Shown here: piece by piece, positions 39,913 to 49,660 of the stretch | Layout: each line of letters starts with the position of its first letter | Position numbering within the stretch: the first letter of the stretch is position 1 | NCBI GenBank assembly: GCA_001949185.1 | Contig: BDGG01000009.1 | Coordinates: 1,291,624-1,355,623 of the forward strand | Length of the DNA: 64,000 bases | Source of the DNA: Ramazzottius varieornatus | Taxonomy: Eukaryota; Animalia; Tardigrada | Reading direction: 5' to 3' | The notes under the pieces: generated by a model | The model's input: the letters and a program-made list of their open reading frames with translations, nothing else | The model's database searches: none | Told to the model about the DNA's origin: nothing | Position numbers and translations under genes: made by a program

Positions 39913-40069
39913 CCGATTAGTTTTCCTCGCCTGACCTCGGTCTCGCGGAATCGTCGGTGGACATTAGACAATGGAATATCTCCCGTTGGAGGTGGATTCA
40001 GTTTGATATTAATTTGTTTCTCCTGTTGTGGTTGCAGGTTTTCGGCAGACGGTTCGTGCAGCAGAAGAG

Positions 40070-41522
40070 ATGGAGGGAAAGCGGAAACATCGAGAAGACG
40101 CTTCGATTTCCGGCAGCGTGTCTGGCGACAGCGTCAACGAGATGGAGAGCGTCCACTCTGCACGTCCAAACGTGTATCTTCCGTCGAAATCTTTACCGAA
40201 GTTTGGTGCAAAGCTGAGCGTGGTTGGAGGACAAGAGGAACAAGTGCGGGAGAGGCTCGAACGCATCTACGACAGCAAACTGCGTGCCTTCCAGCATGCG
40301 AGATTCTGTGACGTTTCTGTGAGGTAAATACTTAGATGCCGCCAGCCAAAAAGTTCGTGCCATGATCCGTCACAGGAGGTGCACCACCCGTTCACAGACC
40401 TGCAAAGCTTGGGGTCCACCAATACTTCTTAAGCTGAGGGTCCAGACTATTTTTCCGGATCAGCTGTCTTGGGGTGGGAGTGCACTCCTCCCAGGATCAT
40501 GGCACGAACCTCGTACAGCAGGCGGCATCCATGGGTCATACGCAGTAGTAATTCAGCACCGTGTTATAGTGACAGCCGTTTCCCAGTGGATGGTCCGATA
40601 TTGTTATTGCAGAAGCAATGCTGGGAAAGGAGAAGACCGTGGCCAGTGCGGAACTCTGGATGCTGCCGACCTTACCGTGTTCGTCAAGCGGCTTTCCGGC
40701 GGTTTTAGACAACATTTCGGTCAATGCCGCAACGATGCGCTGACCGGAAGTCAAATGACCATCTTGAGTCCACTGGAGGCCTTCTTCTTGGTGGACTTGG
40801 TGAGCAAGCTCAGCTGGGACCCTAGTTGACTGTGCATATGTCTGTCTTCCGTCCGGCCTGTGAGTAGTATGGCTCTTGCTTTACAGGGAAGTCTTGAGGT
40901 CAGAACCAAGTCGGGATGCCCACTTCCTCTGCAAGATTTCAGAGCAATGCTGGAAGCCCAAGTTACCAATTTTGCATCACGATACAACATCTTCTCTGAG
41001 GTTCATCGCTCGACTCAGCTCATCCTCAAGCCTTACAGTAGCGCCGGAGGAATAGAGCATCCGATGAAGGAGACAAGTGGCGGAGGAGAGGAAGTACAAG
41101 CCGAAGATTTATCCGCATTGGTGCAAGTCAATACGGCAGTCTCGGATGATCGGCATGAGGGCTCTTCCCTCTTTGCGGGATCAGCAGATTCTGCCAGCTC
41201 CGTGGTGGAAATGCCATCGTACGATTTTGACAGATGGATGTCCAGCGTTGCTGCAGCAGCGACAGCAACAGCTTCGAGTTACCCGCAAAGTCTGCAGCCG
41301 GCCTTTAGCTGTCATTCCAAGTCGTCTGGCTCAACGTCCAGCTCCCTCTTTGACGTTGTCCTGACCGACTATCAGAAGAAAGACATTGCGTTTGACGACC
41401 TTTTCATGGCCCTCCTCCATGGCCAGCACTCCAATGCCACCGTCTACTTTGCCCGAGACGACGTTGGAGAGCTGAGCGGCTTTGCGGCAATCCTGGCCGA
41501 TATCCCTTCTGTGCACTACTAG
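40070..41522 (+). CDS. TSEN54: tRNA-splicing endonuclease subunit Sen54-like
   Basis: Three coding exons; SLPKFGAK..RERLER; VFVKRLSGGFRQHFG..LSPLEAFFLVDL|GSLEV..PLPLQDF..YNIFSEVHR resembles the Sen54 N-terminal domain (GKFWQTMG..LHPEEALYLLECG..PLSIQEAY); C-terminal VYFARDDVGELS resembles LIFALVDHGDIS. Confidence 0.7.
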
Positions 41523-41708
41523 AGGCTGTAAGTTCTCCCTCCTTCTGGTTCTTCTTGGGTGCTTCCAGGCAGTTCCTTGCGATCAGAGTGTAGCTACGTA
41601 ACGAGGGCCATATCCTGAGTGGACTTTTCGGTGAACGATTGCTGTAGTAGGGTCCATTTTGTGTAAGCTGCGTGGGGCAGGGACAAGGAAGCATACGTCC
41701 GGTGAACA

Positions 41709-42475
41709 ATGACGGGGAGGGATGGGCGAAGCCCCAAGGAGGATCCGCTGCAGTTGGATCGGCTCCTTGTGGAGCGTGTCAAGCATTATGAGCCGGACGA
41801 CCAACTTGTGGCGCGAGAGTTCAACCGCCAGCAATGCATGAGGGGTACGCCGACTTGCAAGCTTTGATACCATGATACTTGACAAGTGAGCAAGTGAGCA
41901 CATTCAAGCTTACCAACAAGAAGCTTACCAACAAGAAGCTTACCATAAGCACGAGGAAGTCTTCTTCCTTCACTGCGTACTATGGCTTATTGCAGATGTG
42001 GCCATCACCAGGAAGATCATGTCGGATCACGATCGCATGGATGACCATGAACCACCAGGTAACCTATCGTCTTGCCATGTGCTGTCTACTGTGAGATAGA
42101 TGGGCTAATGTACAGTGCTGCATATCTGTGTTGACATAGAGGACTTCATGCGGCAACTGAAGATTCTGCAACAGCCTCCTCATGAGCGATACGATCTGCC
42201 CCTGACCAGTGCCCAGGAATATGGCTTCTACCAGGCCACTTCCGCGGTGAGATTAGCTAACATGGCACTTATCGTCTGCGAATGGCATAGACCACGGCAG
42301 CATTCTTCCGCTATCACCTCTGACCTGCTCTCTTTTCTGTCACTTCCTACAGGTTACCAACGACCGCAGGGATATTCGCTTCAACTTTCCCAAGCTTCAC
42401 ACCGAAGTTACTGAGATTCCCGATCTCTTCACACGCGACAAGAACTATGAGAAGATGTTGAAGCATCCAGGATAG
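41709..42475 (+). CDS. CFAP144: Cilia/flagella-associated FAM183/CFAP144-like protein
   Basis: Four exons: MTGRDGRSPKEDPLQLDRLLVE...; VAITRKIMSDHD (cf. ITRKPMSWHD); PPHERYDLPLTSAQEYGF (cf. KKYPEPQTESQEIGW); DRRDIRFNFPKLHTEVTE; stop at 42473-42475. Confidence 0.72.
41906..41945 (+). repeat. Intronic 15-bp tandem repeat (2.7 copies)
   Basis: aagcttaccaacaag aagcttaccaacaag aagcttacca. Confidence 0.85.
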
Positions 42476-42782
42476 AAATACGGCAGCAACACGGAAGAAT
42501 AGTGCGTATCACTGGCATTCTTCTTTTCTGCCATGTTATGCCTTTCTTGGCGCGAGTTTGTCTGGCGCATATGGCGTTGCTTGACAGCCACAGCTTCAAG
42601 AGCGTATTGTGAATGGCCATAAACTATGGAAATGACAGTGGGAATAACAGTCCGTACTCCTACTGTCGCAAGTTAAGGGCTACTCAACATAGCAATCGAA
42701 CCTCTGTCAAGAAACGTCCAACTGTATTCAGTGCAGGAATATGTTCGAAATAAACAGAGCAGTCTACTGTGGAACGATCTTA

Positions 42783-43413
42783 TCACGTTGGAGGAGGTGG
42801 AGGAGCGTGTAAGTCTGAGGACTCTAGAATCTTTTTCCTGGCAGGGCATTCGTCGTCGTCGCTGATATCGGAGACGAAAGACGACTCTGTCACGTCCGAC
42901 TCGGCCTCCAAGTCTTCGGAATCACTGGAGTATTCAAACAGGCCTAAATTCTACAAAAGCCACATATTCCTTTAGTGACATCGACAGTACGTCGATCTCC
43001 ACTATCGACGAAGAATGTTTTGCAACGAACTTACGAATTCGACCGCAGTTTCACCGTCCTCGACATGCTCAATGTCCAATTGTTCAGGACTCTGCACCGT
43101 ATCCATCCTTCTCTGCAGCTCTTCTTCCGATGACTTCATGACCGGAAGAAAACCCTTAACACGGTCCATTATTGCCAATCCTGCCAATATAGTCAGATGA
43201 GATCCTTTCTTCACTGTTATGTATTGATTCACTGCGTCGAACTACAGAGACATTACCTCGTTTCTTGATCTTGTCGGCCTCTGCTGCCTTGGATTGTTGG
43301 TCCATCTCAAAGGGTCGCTTGCGAAGCAAGAGCATCGAGGGAAAAGGTGAGGGGTTGGGAGCGCATTCCAACTTTCCTCCATGATGAGACGAAGGCGTCG
43401 TGTCGTCGTTCAT
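42783..43413 (-). CDS. NOPCHAP1: NOP protein chaperone 1 / C12orf45 (DUF4598)-like
   Basis: IMDRVKGFLPVMKSSEEELQRRM..QLDIEHVEDGETAVEF|NLGLFE plus an acidic tail matches the DUF4598 pattern (LDQVQTFLPQMARANEKL..FNIENID..IQMDVALFE). Confidence 0.75.
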
Positions 43414-45693
43414 GATAGCGAAATAATCCACCTCTTTCGCTCTCTGAATTGACTACCGACCCTCTCCTCTTTTCTTCTAGTCGTTCCACGCACCACAAGA
43501 TAGCCGCAAGACGCACAAACTGTCTGATGGTGGTACGACAGGCAGGATCCGGAAAACAGCAACGAGACAGAAAGTTAAAAACTTGCTAGACGTACAGTAC
43601 AGTATAGTAAGGAATACGGGCCGTCGACAGCTCGTTCTGCTCACTCAAACGTACAGTACCCTGCTGAAATGCAGCACGTCCCCAGGAACAATTTTACTTC
43701 ACTGAAGGATGCTATCGACAAGATGGATGGAGACAGAAATCAAGAAGAGGCCGTAGAAATACAGAGTAAAATCATCAGCGATGGCCGGATGAATTACCCA
43801 GTGCATTACCGAAAACACAGAATGGCTTCCCAACATCACCTCATGACCGGCAATCATCACAATCAAGCATACAATTATGTTTGTTATTGCTGGTTTCGTA
43901 CAACACGGTGGCCGAATAGTAAGCAAGTACAGTAGAAAAACAAATGATTGAAATGAATGCTAAGAATGAAAATTAAACAGAGAGCCCGTAATACTAGAGA
44001 GTTTGCGAGGACAGGTCAGGTCTCATAAACTGACATCATATTTGCGACTCTCAGGTTGCAGTCTCAGATTTGGACAAATCAACTCCGCCCCAATCAAGCT
44101 TTATAAGAGTCAGAAGTGACGTCACCACCTGTGCATGCAAAGAATTTCGCCTCGCGGTCCCACGTTTGTGCACTCTCATATCGCAATGCTGGCTCTGCCG
44201 ACCGGAAGTAAAAAACTCTGACCGGATCTGCAGTGGTGTCTTGACTCTTGACCATCTTTCACTCTCCCGAACTCACTTTAACATTTTGCATGGCACGAAA
44301 AGGAGACGACAACACGCACGATAAGGCGAAAGTCAAAGGAGGCACATCGAAGACATATCCGATAACGCGAGGGATACGCCTGTTTGCTCAGTTTCTACTT
44401 CAGCAACTTTGGTGCAGCTTCCTAATGTCTAAAGCCTGGCTAGCCGGCATTACAAACACCCGCAGACCACATAATGGGCAGCCTCAACTGGTTGCTCCGG
44501 GGTTAAAGCGGCCATCGTTGCTTAATGCTGACTGCGCCGAGAGTTCATGACAGTCCGAAAGTGATACCGCTCTCGTTCGTCGAATGTCAGCCGGCTAGCC
44601 AGACTCCTAGCCTCTGGTGATCTGGAAGTATCCTGGTGCTATGAAGTTCACGGATAACAGCAAATCTTCAAGCTTGAGCCGCGTTTCCTCGGGCATTGTG
44701 AGACTGAAAGTGCGCGACTGAAGTGGGGTTAGATGCGTGTAACGTTGTGTCGTAATCCCATGTAAAAATTCGAAACCGCACGCTGCGGTCTAAAATCACG
44801 AAAGGGGTAGTCTTCAGGCAACGGAACGCGCAGAGATACGCAAAAGTTAGAGGAGATAATGTACCGGACGGTCTTAGAAATCAGTCTCACCGAAATTTCA
44901 GTTTTCCATGAGACCAGTCGGTCACGGTCCCAGAATTGAAGTCTCGGATTCCGAGTTGACCAATAGCAGCGTTTCAGCGTGCTCGAGCCGGCCCACGACC
45001 CGTCGAAGCATGAGACCGAAAGATGAGAGTGGCTTTTTATGAGACCTGACTTGTCCTCGCCATCTCTATACTGCCAGACGGAAGAGATAACCAAACACCA
45101 ATGAGACACTTGATCGGCTTTCCGCTCTGGCATATCGTGGTCACTCGTCAGTTCGATAACATCTGAAACGTGATGTTTCGCAATGTTTCAAGGAGCTGAC
45201 GTCTTCTGATAAAGTTGCGCCTGCGGAAATCACTGCGTTTGACCTGAGAACTGGACTCTTACTGGAGCATGTAAAAACTGCTAAAATTGGGTTCGAACAC
45301 CGGATCTCCGGTTTGGGACGAAAGAATGTGCGCACCGATGACAAATTTTCTCTTTCGACCGGTTCACAGCAGGCCGTACGTGACGAATGGGTAATTTTTG
45401 ATTTTGGGCTGGGTAACTCATCCGGCCATCGCTGGTAAAATCCTCCCCAAATAAAATGAAAAAAATCACATTGCAAAATGTCAAAACAGTCCGTTGCCTC
45501 CTAAGACGGCGGATTTACAGGGACTCTTGGCAAACGACACGGTGAGAAGTGCGAATGGCCCGAAGCAAGAGCTGGGTGACTGGGTCGCTTGCGGAAACAT
45601 TCTTCTGGGTCCTTGTCCCATCTAATCTTCCTGGTTCCAGATTCACAGGTCGGAGAAGGACCAAGATATATATTGTATGGCAGCTGTCACTGC

Positions 45694-46800
45694 TCACTTG
45701 ATGTAGGTTTGCAGCAGCTTCAGGACGTTTTCGTACACTTGTTCCACATCGCGATTGCCGTCGATCTAAAAATGAAGGTCTGTTGACTCTGTTCCTCATG
45801 CAATATCCAGGTTTGGCTTGCTAATTAAGTGTCCGTTCCTACTCTGGCTATAAACTGTTGTATCTGCAGGTCTCTTAACATAGGCTGGGTGTACTTGACG
45901 TAGTATTGTATTCTTTTGTGGACAATGTCCGGCTTGTCTTCTGGTCGGGTGCCATTCTTACTGCGCATCGCTGTTCGGTCTGCCAGGACGGTATCCGGGC
46001 ATTCAATGACGATAACTAGAGTGGCTTTTCCAAACTGCAAAGCGCACTCGCACATACAACGCTTATTGTCCGAAAAGTCCAGTTGACAAAGGTGGCCTTT
46101 GCTACTTACTGATGGTCAACTTACATCGGCTTCCCAGGCGGTCTTCTGTTCGGGATCTCTGGGGTAGCCGTGTACTAGGAAAGGTTCGCCCTGTTCCAGG
46201 CTTCGGTAGATGTTCTCTCGCATCACTTCGTGGGCATCCATCTATGCGATAAAAAGATCTGGAGAACCCACCAATACCTCAGAGGAGGAACAAGAGGCAC
46301 GCTCACCGACTCGCAGAGGTTGCCAGCTTCGATATTCATTTTACATCGTTTGGCTCGAGGTGTCGGGTCCCTGTTATCGCAGGAGGCCGCTTCTTGCCGA
46401 AGTAGCTCACCCATCGACAGATGAACATAACCAAGACGTTGAGCTACCAGCTTGCAGACTTCCGCCTTCCCTGCCGAAGGTCCGCCTGCAAAAACCTTCG
46501 TATTAATTATAAAGTAGGCCACAGAAAGTTTCGGTAAGCAATCACATCTCCTTCACATGTCAACCGGAAGTTCGGTGCATGGCCGGCTTGATGTGACTGC
46601 ACGTGATGCCACAAATGACGAGCATGTTTGCTGTCCCTACCAAATACTAGAACGAAAGGGAGTCCAGCCTTTTGTATGGCAGCGGCTTCCGGTGTTCTGT
46701 TCTACGAGCATTCAAACGTCAACGCCAACATGGTACGGAGGCCCAGACGGAATGTAAAGTGGGTTACGGCTCTGCCCACCTGGTTCCAGGTCCGAAACAT
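45694..46800 (-). CDS. Adenylate/UMP-CMP kinase family protein (AK1-like), divergent
   Basis: Six exons: MFRTWNQ|..LPFVLVF|GGPSAGKAEVC..GYVHLSMGELLRQE; FLVHGYPR; GTRPEDKPDIVHKRIQYY; IDGNRDVEQVYENV..TYIK*. Confidence 0.85.
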
Positions 46801-47036
46801 CGTGATACAATCGGCGGATCTTCAGTGTGAGAAACAAAGGGCCTGTCTGGCTCGTGAACTTTACTGCAATTTTCGTGTTCACAGCTTATAAGTGGTGGTC
46901 GTCTAATTTATATACATATCCGATCGACAGATACGGTAGATTTCGCTAGCAACTGTTGCGCTCAGCAAACAAATAGTCTCTATCGCCACAGCGGCAATAA
47001 AATCTGGGTCGGCGCGCAAAATTGAGTTTCTATTGC

Positions 47037-47692
47037 CTAATCAGAAAGGGCTGCCATTGCGAAAAACCTGAATTCTTCCCAGTCAATCTCTGCGTCACCG
47101 TTGACATCGTACTCTTTGAAGATCCTCAAAATCTGGTTTTCTATAAAAGGAGGAAGCGTTAGACAGCAGCGAAGAAAGAGCGACATGTACCATGTGTCGC
47201 AACGAGTCTAACCTTCGAGATTCCATAGAAAGCCAACGTCGGTGAATTCCTTTGCCGAAATGGATCCAGAGAAATCTTCGTCCATCAAGGTGAAGCACAT
47301 TTTGGCGTGGCGCAGAATAAACTTCTTTTCCAGCTTGTTATAGGCAGCGACCATCAGGCAGACTAGGACGTAGAACTCTTCGAAGATAATAAAGCCCCGA
47401 CAGCCTTTGTCCAGCATATCGAAGACCCGAATGATGCGGCGGTCGGTCAGGTCCGTTACATGCTTCATAAACTGCAAAGCATCTCAATAGATACGATGAC
47501 ATGATTTGCGACTGCGGATAAATGTGCGAAGCCTACTTCATAGAAAATGGCATCGTTCCATTTTCCGTCGGTATGGATGTCCAAAAGATCGTAAAGTTCA
47601 TGTAGCAACTGGGTTTGGCGTGCATTGAGCCAAAGTTGGGCGCGGTCGAGATGCAGACTCTTGAGGAACTCGGACGTCAAGTTCAGAGGCAT
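47037..47692 (-). CDS. EFCAB9: EF-hand calcium-binding domain protein 9 (CatSper-associated) orthologue
   Basis: Spliced (introns 47472-47536, 47141-47212): MPLNLTSEFLKSLHLDRAQLWLNARQTQLLHELYDLLDIHTDGKWNDAIFYEFMKHVTDLTDRRIIRVFDMLDKGCRGFIIFEEFYVLVCLMVAAYNKLEKKFILRHAKMCFTLMDEDFSGSISAKEF..FKEYDVNGDAEIDWEEFRFF. Collinear with recalled vertebrate EFCAB9 (FLWYLYLDK..LNDVLFYHFLHHVTDL..VFDMLDW..FYMLVCMLLA..FMYRHSRPVFDLLD). Confidence 0.85.
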
Positions 47693-48506
47693 TCCACTAC
47701 TCGGCTTCGCCGCTTCGCCAGTCTGCGTAACAAGCAAATGACACTTTTGTAGATACGCTGTAACTTCGAAGGTTCAAAAGCGTTGCAAGTTACTATAACT
47801 CTGAGCTGCTAGGATACCTGCCTGATAGCTACCGGATGACGGTGGTGGCTTCCGCTACCCCATTGCAACTCACAGCGGCGCACGACTGCACTTCCGGGCT
47901 CCTGAGTTTCGGGATGGCGCTTCCTGCAGCACACTCATTATATTATAGAGCTATTTCGATTTCAGTAATACATGTGCCGCTTTCTAAAGCACTTACTGCC
48001 ATCAGAATTGTCACCTAAATGAATTTGCTCTACGCCCGAACCAATTTCGCACTGGAACTGGGCGGAAGTAGACAGTGGCGCCATTCTACGTGTCGTGTCA
48101 CGTACCGTACCCGGAGTGCGGACTGAAAGTCTGAGAATGTTCTGGCAAAAGTCCAGTTAGAGATCTGATCAGCCCGAATTTATACGTTGAAGATGGCGAT
48201 AATGATCGACACGGATCACAAGGCTTCTGCAGTTCCTGCCAGCTAGGCCGACCACTCTTTACATAATATGGAAAATTAAAGCCTCAGCTCGGCCAGCTTG
48301 CCAAGAAGCGTTTGCTGAACTCCATTAGCGTTGGTTGATCGAGGTGAAACGTTCTCCCCTCGTGGTGCACATCTTGAGCCCGAAGGAGCATCTTTCTCGG
48401 GAAAGAAGGGCCCAAGGTTGTTAACCACCCACTTGCACGATAATCGTAGTGCCCTTTGATTGCAGCGTACTGTGGAATGTGGACTGTGATCGAAGAGGAG
48501 TAGACT

Positions 48507-49147
48507 ATGGAACCAGTCTGGCCCTCAAAGGTGAGTACGGAAGACGACGATGTTCCTCCTTCTGGTCGACCTCGACTGATGCGTCGCACTTCTTCACTGT
48601 TGGACTGCATGAAGTACAGCATGTCCATGGCTCACGAAGTTCCTCTCGACAATCTCCGCAAGAAATATTCTTCCGAAGGTGGGTGCTCTTCTGTTGACTT
48701 GTACTTGACGACATTGTCTGATCGATCTATTAATATAACCTATAATTGATAAACTATGCGCCAGCAGACTCGAAAGTGGGTGGGTGGGAGCTCGGCGCGG
48801 GAAAATTTGAAAAAGTTTGTAACACACTGGGTTTCGGTTTCAGAAGCATGGAAAACAGGAGGTCAAGTTCCGGCTGCAAGATTGTCGCGGAAAGCATCCT
48901 TTGCTGAAGGCGTCGAAGATGCTTCCTCGGTGGACTCTGAACTTGCTTCCAGATTTCAACAGCTAACTCGCATGCGCAATGCCGAATTCCGAAGAACGCG
49001 CTATGATAGCGCTCCAGCTTCCATTGTGAGTACAAAGTGCAGACAAATCAGAGATTGTATGAACTTGGACCCACACAGCATAAATTAAATCAGCTGTGGC
49101 GACAGTTGTCGGTTCTTGAAGTAGGGGAGGCTACGTCTATCCCGTAA
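48507..49147 (+). CDS. Small orphan protein (~135 aa, 3 exons) rich in basophilic kinase motifs
   Basis: Exons 48507-48678, 48844-49025 and 49094-49147 join in frame via GT-AG introns: MEPVWPSK..RLMRRTSSLLD..RKKYSSE|EAWK..LSRKASF..FRRTRYDSAPASI|LWRQLSVLE..IP*. Confidence 0.6.
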
Positions 49148-49660
49148 AAGAGGATTTTTCGTTGGTGATTATATTTCTTTTGTGAAATTTGGCCTAGTTA
49201 CTCAGTAAAGTCAGATGACGTAATGCAAAGTCCAAATATTGCACATCATACGTTTTGATTCTTGATTGAATTGGCGTTTCCCCCACAATAATCTTGCATT
49301 TGGGACGGGATTCGGAAGAGCAAAAACAGTGAGTGTGTTTCTTTGTTGGAAAATCTCAGAACGTAAATTATTGCAGCACATGGTGAAGGCTAGAGGTATT
49401 CCAACTGGTACATCGGGTGCAGCGGACATACTGTGAGTTCGGATGCAGAACAGCGGAATGGAATGTGTTGTGTTAACAGGCCTATGGCTACTTTGTGGTC
49501 TCGAGTCAGACTGATGATGTGGAAAACCTCTACAGCTGACTACAAAGAGGAGAACGGTTGGTCTAAACTATGTTGGTGTCCTGAGCGCTGACGGGCTGTG
49601 TGTTTTGTTTGGCAGGCTAGTGGACTGGGGTTGTATCGAAGCAGCAGTTGGGTCTCCTCG

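Noticed and set aside
45270-45310. tRNA or SINE suggested by the B-box-like ggttcgaacac
   Set aside because: No A-box or cloverleaf stems could be built.
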